From NCBI GenBank assembly GCA_036522115.1, contig DATDGL010000059.1:7896-71895 (forward strand): a stretch of DNA of 64,000 nucleotides, given 5' to 3'. Both the position numbers and the translations under genes were made by a program. This document shows, one piece after another, positions 36,072 through 47,268 of this stretch. The notes beneath the pieces are model-generated. The model was not told where the DNA came from and ran no database searches. It was given only the letters and a program-made list of their open reading frames with translations. The first letter of the stretch is position 1. Each line of letters opens with the position of its first letter. Source of the stretch: Candidatus Angelobacter sp. (GTDB taxonomy: Bacteria > Acidobacteriota > Terriglobia > Terriglobales > Acidobacteriaceae).

Positions 36072-37055
36072 TTAGACGACGGATGACCCGGCGGCCTGGC
36101 GACCCGATGACCCGACAGCTTCCGTCCGATACCAATCTACGGTTCTCTGCAAACCCTCCCTGAACTCCACCAGGGTCTTGTAGCCCATGGCCGTCTCGGC
36201 CGGAGTAATGTCCGCCAGCGAATCGTGGACATCACCCGCTCTCGCAGGAGCGTACAAGGCAGGCTTGGAAAAGCCGATGAGTTCCTGAAGCATCGCGTAA
36301 AGCTCATTGAGGCTGAAACTTTTTCCCGTAGCAACGTTGAACACGCGTCCGCTCACCTTTTCTGCGGGCGCATGGCAGGCAAGCAGGTTGATGGAAATCA
36401 CATTTTCGATGAAGGTAAAATCCCGTGTCTGCATGCCATTGCCAAAGATTGTGGGCTGCTCTCCATCCAGCATTTGCCGGACAAACTTAGGGATCACCGC
36501 AGCATACTCAGAACTGGGATGCTGCCGCGGACCAAAGACATTGAAGTAACGCAGGCTCACCGTCTCCAATTGCATCAGCCTGGAAAAGGTCTGAGCGTAC
36601 AGCTCGCCCGCATATTTCGAAACCGCATAAGGAGAGATAGGTTCAGCGGGCATGCTTTCCCGCTTGGGCAACGTGGGAGTGTCACCGTAAACCGAGGATG
36701 AGCTGGCGTAAACAACACGCTTGACTCCCTTCTCCCGTGCAGCCTGAAAGACTGTAAGCGTGCCGGCTACGTTGGAATGGTTCGTGCCGATTGGATCGTC
36801 AATGGAACGCGGCACCGAACCTACCGCGCCCTGATGCAATACAAAATCCATACCTTCACAGGCAGAACGCATTGCATTCAGGTCAGTAACATCGGCCTCA
36901 CGAAAATCGAACTTATCCAGAATCCCGGCATAGTTCTCGTAGCGGCTGTGGGAAAGATTGTCCAGTCCGCGCACCTCTTCCCCGCGCGCAACCAGATGGT
37001 GGACTATATTGGAGCCAATGAACCCCCCAGCTCCTGTGACAAGATACTTAGCCAT
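36072..37055 (-). CDS. NAD-dependent sugar epimerase/dehydratase (UDP-hexose 4-epimerase-like)
   Basis: MAKYLVTGAGGFIGSN and the YAVSKYAGE catalytic YxxxK motif. ATG at 37055. The last ~14 codons are encoded by a GATGACCCG-type repeat. Confidence 0.9.
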   Translation of the reverse strand: MAKYLVTGAGGFIGSNIVHHLVARGEEVRGLDNLSHSRYENYAGILDKFDFREADVTDLNAMRSACEGMDFVLHQGAVGSVPRSIDDPIGTNHSNVAGTLTVFQAAREKGVKRVVYASSSSVYGDTPTLPKRESMPAEPISPYAVSKYAGELYAQTFSRLMQLETVSLRYFNVFGPRQHPSSEYAAVIPKFVRQMLDGEQPTIFGNGMQTRDFTFIENVISINLLACHAPAEKVSGRVFNVATGKSFSLNELYAMLQELIGFSKPALYAPARAGDVHDSLADITPAETAMGYKTLVEFREGLQRTVDWYRTEAVGSSGRQAAGSSVV

Positions 37056-37390
37056 TTTTATGAGAATAACATGCCCCGCTGACCCAATCGCTGTCATGGG
37101 TGATGGCGCGTGATTAAAAAATTGAACGCGCGCTCCTGACGCTCTGCCGGAATGCGAGCGGCTAAAAGCATGGACGGCATGGCCCTTGGTGTAACCGGAC
37201 ATCAGGCACCGTATTTTTCCTTTGCGGGCTACCGGCGCTGTTTACCATACGGTAGACCCTAGAAAAAATGGTGGTTTCGCCGCTACATTCTTTGTAAATG
37301 ATTGAAAAATAAAAGAAATCTGCGTAGCGGCAGCCGTAGCGGGAGCGGTTTTTATAATATTTTGAGGTTTTTGTTGGCCGGAGGGCTTTT

Positions 37391-39103
37391 TCAGCGGCTG
37401 GCCCTTTTCAATTTCCCCAGCCGATTCAAAATCCGCCGCACTTTCTTAGGCGAAATGGAGAGGCGCCGGGCAACGCGCTGCACTTTCTTCCCTTCTTTTT
37501 CCCAGACTCGTGGAATCACCAGCTCGGCAAATTGTTCGGTCATCTGTTGAAAGGTCTTTTCGCCGGTAACACCCTGGGTCCAGGCGCGGAGCATGGGATC
37601 AACACTGCCCCTGGGCGCCACTTTCTGCTTGAGGGTCTGCAGCGCTTCGCCCAGGTCGTCAAAGTCAATCGAGCGGAGGAAGGAGGTGGCCGCATCGCAG
37701 CAGTGTTTCGCATCCTCCAGGTCATTGAAGAATGGATTGCAGGAGGTGAGGCCCCGCCAGATGTAGGCCCGCGCCAGCAGACGCTGATTTTGCGTGTGCT
37801 TTGCCGCCTCCACCGCGTCCCGTGAATATTCTCGCGCTGATTGCGAGTGCTCCCAGGACTCTTCGCTGCCTTCGATCTCCTCTTCTATCTTTGCATTCTC
37901 GATGCTGCACTGGAGCAGGCGGGTCCGCGCCATCAGGATGGCATCATTTTCTTCCCTGGCCAGAAGGAAGGCCTGCGCGGCTTGCGCGCCGGCCTGGTCC
38001 AGTTCGCCGCTATCCAGATACAGCAAGCCTCGATTTTCATACACGCTGCCGATTCCGTGGTGGTGATTGTGATGGCGATAGATTTTTTCCGCCTGGTCAA
38101 GGTTGGCAAAGGCCTGGGCGCGATGGCCTTCATAGGCTTCCCGCTGCGCCTGTTTTTTCCCTTTGGCGGCCCCACCATCACCGCTCTTGCGACGGTGCGC
38201 CGCCTCAACGTCCATTTGTTTGCTGATGTTCCTGGCGATCAGCCGCTGGACATAGGCGATGTTGACCAGCGAGCGGGCCAGATTGCGGTGCTGTGGATTG
38301 CGCCTCTCAAATACTTCAATTGCCTTACTGAAGAACTTGAGCGCATCGGTGTAGCGTCCCTGACGTCGAATCATTCGGCCATGCGCGGAGTAGATATTGC
38401 CTAGGGTAATGTCATCATCCGTATGGCGCAGAACCTGTTCGGCCTGATCCAGAATCCTGCTTGCCTCCCGAGAATGCCCCTTCTGGAAGTGCAGCCAGCT
38501 TTCCAGCACGCGCATAACCGCGGCCATCTTCTCGAATCCCAGTTTCATGGCCAGGTCGCGGCCGCAGGCTGCGTGCTGGATAGCCTTGTCGTACTCTCCT
38601 TTTTTGCGATGGCAGCGTGCATTCCAGAACTCGGTGATGGCCACCAGTTCCTTGTCTTCAATTTCTTCCTGCATGGAGAGCACCAGATCGAAGTGCAGGA
38701 GAGCCTTGTCCGGTTCGTCGTGCAGAAGCGCCAGCAATCCCTCCGCCGAGCGCAGGTGCAGGTAGTCGCGGACCGGCAGGCGAGCGCGTACAGGTTGGGG
38801 GAAGCGCTTCAGCAGATCTTCCACCAGCGCAGGCTCGCGATAACCCATATCTACCCACTGCGCGACATAGCCGACAAAGGCTGCGGCATTCTTCTGCTCC
38901 GGGTCCAGAGCAGCGAACAGGTGCGCATCTGCATCCAGCAAAGCAATGCCCTGGCTGACCCGCCGGGAAGCGACGTTCTCTTTCATCTCCTGCAAAAGAG
39001 AGTCTGAAATATCGTTATTTTTCTTCATTTGCGTGTAGTCGCGTTCCTTCGCGGCTACTAAAGGGTTGGCCCCTGGTTTTGCCTTCCTGTCCTTTTTGTC
39101 CAA
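37391..39103 (-). CDS. TPR-repeat protein with C-terminal Fis-type HTH
   Basis: 570 aa. Multiple TPR-like helical pairs. The C-terminus VQRVARRLSISPKKVRRILNRLG is a Fis-family HTH. Confidence 0.7.
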   Translation of the reverse strand: MDKKDRKAKPGANPLVAAKERDYTQMKKNNDISDSLLQEMKENVASRRVSQGIALLDADAHLFAALDPEQKNAAAFVGYVAQWVDMGYREPALVEDLLKRFPQPVRARLPVRDYLHLRSAEGLLALLHDEPDKALLHFDLVLSMQEEIEDKELVAITEFWNARCHRKKGEYDKAIQHAACGRDLAMKLGFEKMAAVMRVLESWLHFQKGHSREASRILDQAEQVLRHTDDDITLGNIYSAHGRMIRRQGRYTDALKFFSKAIEVFERRNPQHRNLARSLVNIAYVQRLIARNISKQMDVEAAHRRKSGDGGAAKGKKQAQREAYEGHRAQAFANLDQAEKIYRHHNHHHGIGSVYENRGLLYLDSGELDQAGAQAAQAFLLAREENDAILMARTRLLQCSIENAKIEEEIEGSEESWEHSQSAREYSRDAVEAAKHTQNQRLLARAYIWRGLTSCNPFFNDLEDAKHCCDAATSFLRSIDFDDLGEALQTLKQKVAPRGSVDPMLRAWTQGVTGEKTFQQMTEQFAELVIPRVWEKEGKKVQRVARRLSISPKKVRRILNRLGKLKRASR

Positions 39104-39206
39104 GTCGTCCGAATCGGACTACCTAGTTTGATGCACATAGTCTACTCCACATCCAATGATGTCGCGTGGCTGATGTAAGCACTAATAATCTCTGGAGGCT
39201 TAAATC

Positions 39207-40517
39207 GTGCAGCAACTCAACGAAAAACAACTTGAGACCATGTGGGCCGGCGACCCTCGCTGGGAAGGGGTAACCCGGCCCTATTCCGCAAAAGACGTAG
39301 TGCGTCTGCGCGGCAGCATTCACATCGAGCATTCCCTGGCCCGGCTGGGAGCCGAGCGGCTGTGGGATCTCCTGCACACCGAAGCATTTGTCCCCACACT
39401 CGGAGCTATGACCGGTAACCAGGCCATTCAACAGGTCCAGGCGGGACTCAAGGCCATTTATATGAGTGGCTGGCAGGTGGCGGGCGATGCCAACCTGGCC
39501 GGACAGATGTATCCCGACCAAAGCCTCTATCCCAGCAACAGCGTTCCCGTCCTGGTACGCGCCATGAATAACGCTTTGCTTCGCGCCGACCAGATCCACC
39601 ACTCAGAAGGCAAAAACGGCGTTCATTGGTTCGCTCCCATCGTCGCCGATGCCGAAGCAGGATTTGGCGGCTCGCTGAATGCCTTTGAACTGATGAAGTC
39701 CATGATTGAAGCCGGCGCCGGTGGAGTCCATTTCGAAGACCAACTGGCCTCGGCCAAAAAATGCGGCCACCTGGGCGGCAAAGTTCTGGTACCGGCGCAG
39801 GAGTTTGTGCAGAAGCTGGTGGCCGCTCGCCTGGCAGCCGACATCTGCGGCGTCCCCACCGTGCTGATCGCACGAACGGACGCCAACAGCGCCAAGCTGC
39901 TGACTACGGACAGCGACATTCGCGATGTTGAGTTCCTGAGCGGCGAGCGTACCAATGACGGCTTCCTCGGCTACAAAGGGGGCCTGGAGGCAGCCCTTGC
40001 CCGCGGCCTGATCTATGCTCCTTACGTCGACATGTTGTGGTGCGAAACTTCCGAGCCCGATATCGACGAGGCGCGGCGCTTTGCTGAAGGCATTCACGCC
40101 AAGTTCCCCGGCAAGCTGCTGGCTTACAACTGCTCACCATCATTCCGCTGGACGCGCAAGTTGGACCCAGCCTCCATCGCCCGCTTCCAGCGTGAACTCG
40201 GCGACATGGGCTACAAGTTCCAGTTCGTGACCCTGGCCGGATTCCATGCACTCAATCTCACCATGTTTGAGCTGGCGCACGACTATGCCACCCAGGGCAT
40301 GACCGCGTATGCGCGTCTGCAGGAAAAAGAGTTCGAACTGGCGGAATCTGCCGGATACGGCGCCGTGCGTCACCAGAGATTTGTAGGCACCGGCTACTTC
40401 GACGAAGTAGCTCAAGCCATAGCCAGCGGCCAGTCGTCTACAGTGGCTCTATCCGGGTCAACCGAAACGGAACAGTTCTACTCAGCACCGGAAAAGGCAT
40501 TCGTTAGTAATCAGTAA
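39207..40517 (+). CDS. aceA: Isocitrate lyase
   Basis: GTG start with a GGAGG SD. Catalytic [25 protein letters not shown], and conserved length. Confidence 0.95.
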   Translation: MQQLNEKQLETMWAGDPRWEGVTRPYSAKDVVRLRGSIHIEHSLARLGAERLWDLLHTEAFVPTLGAMTGNQAIQQVQAGLKAIYMSGWQVAGDANLAGQMYPDQSLYPSNSVPVLVRAMNNALLRADQIHHSEGKNGVHWFAPIVADAEAGFGGSLNAFELMKSMIEAGAGGVHFEDQLASAKKCGHLGGKVLVPAQEFVQKLVAARLAADICGVPTVLIARTDANSAKLLTTDSDIRDVEFLSGERTNDGFLGYKGGLEAALARGLIYAPYVDMLWCETSEPDIDEARRFAEGIHAKFPGKLLAYNCSPSFRWTRKLDPASIARFQRELGDMGYKFQFVTLAGFHALNLTMFELAHDYATQGMTAYARLQEKEFELAESAGYGAVRHQRFVGTGYFDEVAQAIASGQSSTVALSGSTETEQFYSAPEKAFVSNQ

Positions 40518-40560
40518 TTGGTAGCTAGTAGTCAGCAAAGTCAAGACCAACAGCAGAAGC

Positions 40561-40600
40561 AAAGGCCTTCCTGCCACGCGCAGAGAAGGCCTTTTATATT
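40561..40600 (+). terminator. Rho-independent terminator after aceA
   Basis: AAAGGCCTTC (40561-40570) pairs with GAAGGCCTTT (40585-40594) and is followed by TATATT. Confidence 0.6.
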
Positions 40601-40691
40601 GCTGATTGCTAATAGGTAATAATTTCAAGCGCAAATTTACTTGTCATAGAGCAGTTTTTCCAAGCTTACAATTTGCTTGGAGGGTAACTAT

Positions 40692-40925
40692 ATGGGTTGG
40701 ATGCCAGTAGTCTCGGAGGACAACGCCAAGGGCGGCGACATCTTCATTGGAGTGATCATCGCCGTTGGTACGGCTTTCATGATCGTAGCTGGTATTCCCT
40801 GGATCCGTTCATTTCTTTACTGCGTTCCTGCAGCCGTTGTGATAGCGCTGGGACTGCGCTACTGGTACAAGCGGCACCCTGTGGACCTGATCCAGCTTGG
40901 ATATAAGGACTACCCCAAAACGTGA
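40692..40925 (+). CDS. Small membrane protein (77 aa, 2 TM)
   Basis: GGAGGG lies 7 nt upstream of the ATG at 40692. Two hydrophobic helices. No family recognised. Confidence 0.5.
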   Translation: MGWMPVVSEDNAKGGDIFIGVIIAVGTAFMIVAGIPWIRSFLYCVPAAVVIALGLRYWYKRHPVDLIQLGYKDYPKT

Positions 40926-40952
40926 CTCCGTAGCGTCGAGGCAACTTCTGCT

Positions 40953-43628
40953 CTAGTGAAAGTCACTCATCATTACTACATCCGTTTTGCGCTGGCCGCG
41001 CGAGAATGCCAATTGTTTGCCGTCCCTGGACCACGTAAATGCGAACATGTCGCCGCCGGTGAAGTGAGTAAGCTGCACCAGTTCACCCCCATTCAATGGC
41101 TGTAACCAGATATTGGTAGCGCGGCTACGAGTAAGCAGAAAAGCAATGGCCTTGGTGTCCGGGGTGAAGATCGCACTCTGCACGCCAAAGGGAGTGCTAA
41201 AGGTGAACAGAGGCGCGCCACCCCCGGCCGGAGCCACGACCATCTTCGATTGCATCTGTCCGTTTTCTATCTTCTGCGAACCGTACAGCATCAGCTTTCC
41301 GTCCGAGGAGTATCGGACGAGACCAGGGGCCGGATTTGTCCGCTCCGGAGTTCCACCCTGGATGGGCATACGAAAGATCGCATCGCCAGACGCATAGAAG
41401 ATTGATTTGGAATCATAAGAACAAACCGCACCTCCAAGAATGCCGGGTGACGGAAGCCTTGTCGCATTGGAACCATCGGCATCGGCCCGCCAGATTTCAA
41501 ATTTCCCATCCTGCCAGGTTGTGTAGACCACATAACTCCCATTCGGACAGGCGGAAAGGCTCAAATGAAGCTTGCGATCATTAATCAACGGCGCCTGATT
41601 CGTCCCATCAGGATTTAACAAGACCCACTGAGTACGGTAATTGGAGGCTGCGATCCGGTTGCCCACCCAGTCCAATCCCTGTCCCAGCACATCGCCGGAG
41701 GTGATTTGTTTAGCTTCCGAGCCATCTCCCCGGGCCACCCAGATGTCACTCGAGACCGTATTTTGCAGGGTAACCAGCGCGTTGCCGTCGCGGGCGATGT
41801 GCAGGCAGCACAGATCGTAATTGGTTAGATCATTGGTGAATCGGGATAGCTCACCATCGGGATAGCTCACAAACCATATCTGCCCCAGGCCAGTTTGCTC
41901 ATCCATTGCCACCACCAGGATGCCGTGCCCATCGGGCAGCCACGCCGCCGCTCGCGCCCCCGCGCGGAAGGATTGCAGGTCACGCACCTCGCCGGTCTTC
42001 ACGGAAATTGTTTCCAGCATCCATTTACTCTCGTTGTTGCGCGTCTCAGGCGACACAAAGGCCAGAGTCTTGCCATCAGCGGACCATGAAACTGCGGCTG
42101 CACCCGCCCCAAAGGTGTTGCGCGTGGCCAGCACGCGCTCGCCGCTGCCGTCCGCGTTGGCAATCAGAATCGAATTGGCTTGCTGCGGTTGCAGGATGCC
42201 GCGCACGTAAGCGATCTGCTGGCCGTCCGGTGAAAACGTCGGGGCCGAATCCACATCCCGGACCAGTTGTTGCGGCGTTCCTCCCAACGCCGGAACGCGG
42301 TACAGATAGCGAAAATTGACGGTGGACTTGTCCGAGCGGACGAACATCACATAGTTGCCATCAGGGGTGAAGTTCAGCGCTATAAAACGCGCCTGTTCCG
42401 GCGGCAGAATCTGGATGTTACTGCCCGTAGCCAACTGTTGCACCCATAAGCTTTCCAGCGCTCCATCGTGCAACACGTATACGATGTAGCGGCGATCCGG
42501 CGACAGCGCCGACGCACCGGCGTTGCCGGTGGTGGTGACTTGCGTGATCTGCATGTGCTGCAAGTCGAAGCTGTGGCGGGTTTTGCTGGAGAAGTAATAG
42601 GCACCGGCAATCAGCGCCAACGCAACCAGGCTTGCCATCACGATCAAGTATGCCGGCACCCTGCGGCCCTTGACCGGAGGAACTGCGGTTGCGCTCGAGG
42701 CCGCTGCCACTGCGCGGCTGGCGGAGGCCACCGTCAACTTACCCGAACTGGTAGCGCGCTTGAGCCGCTTCAGTTCAGCGCGCATGTCTGCCGCGCTCTG
42801 GTAGCGCAGATCGCGGTCTTTCTCCAGGGCGGTGCGGATAATCTCATCCAACTTGGGCGGCAGTTGCGGATTAATCTGGATGGGCGGGACCGGATCGCGG
42901 TTCAGAATGCCATCGAAAATCACGGCTGCTGTTTCTCCATCAAAGGGCAGCTTGCCGGTAGCCGTTTCGTAGAGCACGGCGCCAAAGGAAAAAAGGTCGC
43001 TGCGCGCGTCCAACTCTTTCCCTCGCGCCTGCTCCGGGGACATGAACGCCGTTGTGCCCACCGCCATGCCGGGCGATGTCAGGTGCTCTGAAGAAGGCGC
43101 CATCGTGGCCCCGGCATAGGTCGGCTGCTCGGCAGCGCGTCCCGCGGCCATCAGCTTGGCCAGGCCGAAGTCAAGAATTTTCACCTGTCCGCGCGGCGTA
43201 ATCAGCATGTTGGCGGGCTTTATGTCGCGATGCAGCACGCCTTTGCTGTGTGCCGCGTCCAGAGCATCGGAAATCTGGATGGCGAGATCGAGCAATTCGT
43301 CCAGTTCCAGCTTGTGCCGGCCCATGTACCGGTCCAGCGGTTCGCCCTCGATGTACTCCATGGCGATGAAATACTCGCCCTCGGCCTGGCCAATCTCATA
43401 AATAGTGCAAATGTTGGGATGATTGAGTGAAGACGCAGTACGGGCCTCCAGTTTGAATCGCTCCAGCGCCGCCTGATGCTGGGCCATCTCATCCGAGAGA
43501 AACTTCAGCGCCACGCGGCGGCCCAATTGCAGATCTTCAGCTACCCAGACGGTCCCCATGCCGCCCGATCCGATGCGCTCCAGCACTCGATAATGTGAAA
43601 CCTGGCGAATGATCTTCACCTCTTGCAA
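40953..43628 (-). CDS. Ser/Thr protein kinase with TM segment and C-terminal TolB/WD40-like beta-propeller repeats
   Basis: [35 protein letters not shown]. These are followed by one TM helix and repeated PD..(I/V)(A/V)(Y/F) propeller blades. Confidence 0.92.
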   Translation of the reverse strand: MQEVKIIRQVSHYRVLERIGSGGMGTVWVAEDLQLGRRVALKFLSDEMAQHQAALERFKLEARTASSLNHPNICTIYEIGQAEGEYFIAMEYIEGEPLDRYMGRHKLELDELLDLAIQISDALDAAHSKGVLHRDIKPANMLITPRGQVKILDFGLAKLMAAGRAAEQPTYAGATMAPSSEHLTSPGMAVGTTAFMSPEQARGKELDARSDLFSFGAVLYETATGKLPFDGETAAVIFDGILNRDPVPPIQINPQLPPKLDEIIRTALEKDRDLRYQSAADMRAELKRLKRATSSGKLTVASASRAVAAASSATAVPPVKGRRVPAYLIVMASLVALALIAGAYYFSSKTRHSFDLQHMQITQVTTTGNAGASALSPDRRYIVYVLHDGALESLWVQQLATGSNIQILPPEQARFIALNFTPDGNYVMFVRSDKSTVNFRYLYRVPALGGTPQQLVRDVDSAPTFSPDGQQIAYVRGILQPQQANSILIANADGSGERVLATRNTFGAGAAAVSWSADGKTLAFVSPETRNNESKWMLETISVKTGEVRDLQSFRAGARAAAWLPDGHGILVVAMDEQTGLGQIWFVSYPDGELSRFTNDLTNYDLCCLHIARDGNALVTLQNTVSSDIWVARGDGSEAKQITSGDVLGQGLDWVGNRIAASNYRTQWVLLNPDGTNQAPLINDRKLHLSLSACPNGSYVVYTTWQDGKFEIWRADADGSNATRLPSPGILGGAVCSYDSKSIFYASGDAIFRMPIQGGTPERTNPAPGLVRYSSDGKLMLYGSQKIENGQMQSKMVVAPAGGGAPLFTFSTPFGVQSAIFTPDTKAIAFLLTRSRATNIWLQPLNGGELVQLTHFTGGDMFAFTWSRDGKQLAFSRGQRKTDVVMMSDFH

Positions 43629-43738
43629 GGACTATATCCGCCACTTCGAACGCTGGTCAATGTGTATCAATCGGGCCATCGAGTTATTGGGTCATCGGAA
43701 AAACCTCTCAGCGTAGTAAAATGTGCGTACTCCATCTC

Positions 43739-44560
43739 ATGCGCAGATCATCTCGATTCCTTACATTCGCTGCCCTAAGCCTAGCCTGTTTTGGCTGTAG
43801 CAAGCCGGCCCTAGACTTCCACCTGAAGCTTGACGCACCCACCTCAGATGCCTTCAGCCAATACAAGCTCGTAGTAGATGGAGCGCCGGCCGGTCCCCTA
43901 TCCTCTTCGCAGCCATATGAATCTACCGTCCACGCCCATAACGCGGATAGTCCGCAAGACATGCTGCCGCACATCGAAGCCAGTGTTCTCTCCGTTTGCG
44001 GATGGCAACCGGCAAAGGTGGAAATTCATCCGCCCAGCCAGTCTGCCATCGATCAGGCCCGCAAGGACCGCCAGAGCATTCCCATCTTTATGTATCTCGA
44101 CTACGAGCGTCCCACCTGGCAGCAAGTTACGGTGCTGGTGGACAACCGAAATGGTCCGGCAGGCCGCCTGGCTGTAGGAGAATACGAGCAGCCCTTGGCG
44201 GCAGGCGCCGGCAGCAAGATGACTTTCCCTTATTGGCCGCATTGCGAGCAAGCTAGACAATTGCGTTTGAACGGTGAAACCATCGGCAACCTTGAGGAAG
44301 ATCCCAATTCACCCGGAACCGCTCTGCCCCTCTTGCTCGATACCAGCGGAGCCCGTTGCTATCGCTACGAATGGCAAACCTATGGCCACTCTTCCGGCTT
44401 CGGTGGCAGCGGCAGCAAGACTTTCACAGCACAACGCCTGCTCGTGCTTTCCAGCAGCGTCGACTATTTTCTCCACCCGCTGTTGAGCACGGAATATTCG
44501 ACGGAGGGCGTAGCACAGAAGAGCTCTTTGAACGAGATCGCGTGCAAAGAGGTAAAGTAA
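43739..44560 (+). CDS. Lipoprotein, unknown function
   Basis: MRRSSRFLTFAALSLACFGCS lipobox (ATG at 43739; the track start is 43721). No family recognised. Confidence 0.55.
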   Translation: MRRSSRFLTFAALSLACFGCSKPALDFHLKLDAPTSDAFSQYKLVVDGAPAGPLSSSQPYESTVHAHNADSPQDMLPHIEASVLSVCGWQPAKVEIHPPSQSAIDQARKDRQSIPIFMYLDYERPTWQQVTVLVDNRNGPAGRLAVGEYEQPLAAGAGSKMTFPYWPHCEQARQLRLNGETIGNLEEDPNSPGTALPLLLDTSGARCYRYEWQTYGHSSGFGGSGSKTFTAQRLLVLSSSVDYFLHPLLSTEYSTEGVAQKSSLNEIACKEVK

Positions 44561-44669
44561 AGCTGGCCGCTTTACTCTGTCTACACCTCTGTACTATGAG
44601 CCAAATTCTATTCTATTCAGTCACGCCCGAAGGGTCGCCGCCCGAACCGAGCTTATAATTTCAAGCCAT

Positions 44670-45884
44670 ATGCGCAATCGTGGCTGTGTCCTCATCTTCC
44701 TGCTCACTCTCGGTCTTCACGCTTGCTTTTCACAGGCATCGGCGGCGGAGACCTCACACTCTTCCTGCAACGCTCCTCCACAGGAAGCGATTGGCTACGT
44801 CTCTCTTCCCGGACGCCCGTTTGGAATCGCAGTAACCAAAGATGGCTGCCATCTGCTTGTGGCCGTTATGGGCAAGGGGCGGGTGTCGAGCAGCGGAATC
44901 GCGGTCCTGCGCCGCTCCCAGGGAAAGACCACGGTGGAAAAGTTTTTCTCGCTGGAAGGCGGAGCCACTGACATCGTGCTCACGCACGACCAGAAAATGC
45001 TGATCGTGGCCGGAGGCCAGGATGTGGCCTTTATGGATGTAGAGCGCATGCTGTCGCAGAAGGGCGATCCCGTCCTTGGATACCTGAAGGATGCTGGCGC
45101 CCTCGGCAGCATCAATGTAAACGTTACCCGCGACGACAAATTCCTCTTCATCAGCGATGAAGGATCAGAAAGCATCCGCGTGATCGATCTGGAGAAAGCA
45201 CGCAGCCGGAAATTCTCCTCGGATGCGCTGATCGGTAAAATTCCCGTCGGCATCGCGCCCATCGCGCTCGTCTTCTCGCCCGATGAAAAGCTCCTGTATA
45301 ACACGGCGGAGATGTCACAGCCGAGCCTTGGCTGGGACAGAAAGTGCAAGCCAGAAGGCAATGCAAACGGCGGGCAGTCCTCGCTTCCGGAGGGAGCGGT
45401 GATCGTGGTGGATGTGGAGAAGGCAAAGACTGACCCTGAGCATTCCGTCCTGAAATGGTTGGCCGCCGGATGCAGCCCGGTGCGCGCGGCTGTCTCGCCC
45501 GGAGGAGATTTTCTCTACGTCACCGCGCGCGCCAGCGATGCCGTCCTGGTGTATGCCACGGCAAAGATGCTGAGCGATCCCGGTCATGCCCTGGTGGCCA
45601 CAGTGCCAACGGGCAAGGCCCCGGTAGGAATCACTCTTGCCGATGGCGGGAGAAAGCTGCTGGTGGCCAACTCCAATCGCTTTGGCGGCAGTGGAAATCA
45701 AACCGTCACGGTGATTGACGCGACCAAGGTTTCCAGCGGGCAAGCGGCAGTTTTAGGAACAATTCCAGCACAATCTTTTCCTCGCGAATTCGCTTCTTCT
45801 CCCGACGGGAAGACGATTTTCCTTTCTAACTTCAGTTCCAGTTCGCTGGAAGTGATTGATATAACTCGGGTGGAAATGAAGTAA
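44670..45884 (+). CDS. Secreted YVTN/YncE-like beta-propeller repeat protein
   Basis: Signal peptide. Repeated blades with P.G(I/V)A(V/L)..DG..L(L/Y)V(A/T), e.g. GRPFGIAVTKDGCHLLVA, PVGIAPIALVFSPDEKLLY, PVGITLADGGRKLLVAN. Confidence 0.7.
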   Translation: MRNRGCVLIFLLTLGLHACFSQASAAETSHSSCNAPPQEAIGYVSLPGRPFGIAVTKDGCHLLVAVMGKGRVSSSGIAVLRRSQGKTTVEKFFSLEGGATDIVLTHDQKMLIVAGGQDVAFMDVERMLSQKGDPVLGYLKDAGALGSINVNVTRDDKFLFISDEGSESIRVIDLEKARSRKFSSDALIGKIPVGIAPIALVFSPDEKLLYNTAEMSQPSLGWDRKCKPEGNANGGQSSLPEGAVIVVDVEKAKTDPEHSVLKWLAAGCSPVRAAVSPGGDFLYVTARASDAVLVYATAKMLSDPGHALVATVPTGKAPVGITLADGGRKLLVANSNRFGGSGNQTVTVIDATKVSSGQAAVLGTIPAQSFPREFASSPDGKTIFLSNFSSSSLEVIDITRVEMK

Positions 45885-46024
45885 CAGCAAAATTCGATAG
45901 CCGTGAATTAACGCGCATGGACGCGAATCCGTAAAAGACCCAGGGCGCCAGGAATCCCAGGCGCGAAATCAAGCCTTTATTAATCAATGGCTTAGGAGAA
46001 CACCATTTCCCCTGCCGATTTCTC

Positions 46025-46065
46025 TTGACATATATTGCAGATTGGAATATCAATATTGCTGATTG
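46025..46065 (+). promoter_or_regulatory. Candidate sigma-70 promoter and direct-repeat operator for the XRE-NfeD-flotillin-PspA cluster
   Basis: TTGACA (46025-46030), a 17-nt spacer, then TATCAA (46048-46053). ATATTGCAGATTG (46032-46044) and ATATTGCTGATTG (46053-46065) are direct repeats overlapping it. Confidence 0.35.
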
Positions 46066-46071
46066 CGATAT

Positions 46072-46572
46072 ATGAGACTAGGCGAAAAATTACGCTATCT
46101 GCGGCTGATGGAAGGCAATCTTCGCGGGCTCAGTCATGAGATGACGCAGCAGGAAGTGGTGCGAGCCATCCGGCGTGAACTGGGCGAGGGAATCAGCCAA
46201 TCTTATTTGTCGCAGATTGAAAATGGCGCGCGTCCGCATTTGACCACCAAGACGCGTTCCCTGCTCTCAAGGTTCTTCAAGGTCCATCCTGGATATCTGG
46301 TGGACGACCCCGAGGGCTTTCACACCGAACTGCTGTCTGATGTGAGCGCGCTGGAAGACAAGCTCGATTTATGGCTGATCCAGGGAGCGGAGCGTTTCCG
46401 CAGTGATCCGGCAGTAAGCCGGGCGCTGCTGAACGTGGCCAAGCACGAGAATTCAAGGCGCTGCCTGGTGCTGCTGGATGCCATCCTGGAGACGCCTCAG
46501 TTGGTGGAGAGATTGCTGAACGTCTTGCGTCCACAGGAAGAGAAAAGCGTGCCGGAACTGCTGGAGGCTTAA
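46072..46572 (+). CDS. XRE-family HTH transcriptional regulator
   Basis: MRLGEKLRYLRL...SQSYLSQIENGARP (Cro/C1 HTH). The stop is immediately followed by the NfeD start codon. Confidence 0.75.
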   Translation: MRLGEKLRYLRLMEGNLRGLSHEMTQQEVVRAIRRELGEGISQSYLSQIENGARPHLTTKTRSLLSRFFKVHPGYLVDDPEGFHTELLSDVSALEDKLDLWLIQGAERFRSDPAVSRALLNVAKHENSRRCLVLLDAILETPQLVERLLNVLRPQEEKSVPELLEA

Positions 46573-47247
46573 ATGGGCTGGGAACTCTTCTATCTCATTT
46601 GTTTCGCTGTAGGTTTTCTGTTCAGCGTGCTCTCGTTTCTGGGCGGGACGCTGCACTTGCACGTTCCCAGGCATTTTCATTTTGGCGGAATGGGCCACGC
46701 TCCCGCAACCGGATCTGTGGCCGGACATTCTCACGCCGGCCATGGCGTCAGTCATGGAACGGCAGCCAAAGGTCATGGAGCCAAAGGCCCGCATTTCTCG
46801 GTTTTCAATCCCATGACGTTTGCCGCATTTCTTACCTGGTTTGGAGGAACCGGCTACCTGCTGGAACATCTGCGCCACATCTGGGTCTTTGCCGGGCTTG
46901 CTCTAAGCACAGGAGCAGGCCTGATTGGAGCCGCGATTGTGTTTTGGTTTGTCGCCAAGGTTTTAATGGCCAATGAGCGGGCGCTCGATCCGCTGGACTA
47001 CGAGATGGTGGGAGTGTTGGGCAAGGTAAGCAGTTCGATCCGCACGGGCGGTACGGGCGAGATCATCTTTTCCCAGGAAGGGGTGCGCCGCCCATGCGCC
47101 GCTCGCTGTGAAACCAGTGAATCGCTGCCCAAGGGCGTGGAAGTGGTAGTTACCCGTTATGAACGCGGCGTAGCCTACGTTCGGCCGTGGCAAGAACTGG
47201 CCGATTCGGCGGGAATAACGGCAACGCAGGAACAGACGAAATACTAA
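46573..47247 (+). CDS. NfeD-family membrane protein
   Basis: TM helices, then a C-terminal OB-like GVLGKVSSSIRTGGTGEIIFSQEG...VVVTRYERGVAYVRPW. It is in the classical position upstream of a flotillin/SPFH gene. Confidence 0.75.
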   Translation: MGWELFYLICFAVGFLFSVLSFLGGTLHLHVPRHFHFGGMGHAPATGSVAGHSHAGHGVSHGTAAKGHGAKGPHFSVFNPMTFAAFLTWFGGTGYLLEHLRHIWVFAGLALSTGAGLIGAAIVFWFVAKVLMANERALDPLDYEMVGVLGKVSSSIRTGGTGEIIFSQEGVRRPCAARCETSESLPKGVEVVVTRYERGVAYVRPWQELADSAGITATQEQTKY

Positions 47248-47268
47248 CCTCGGAGGGGGGAGGACCGT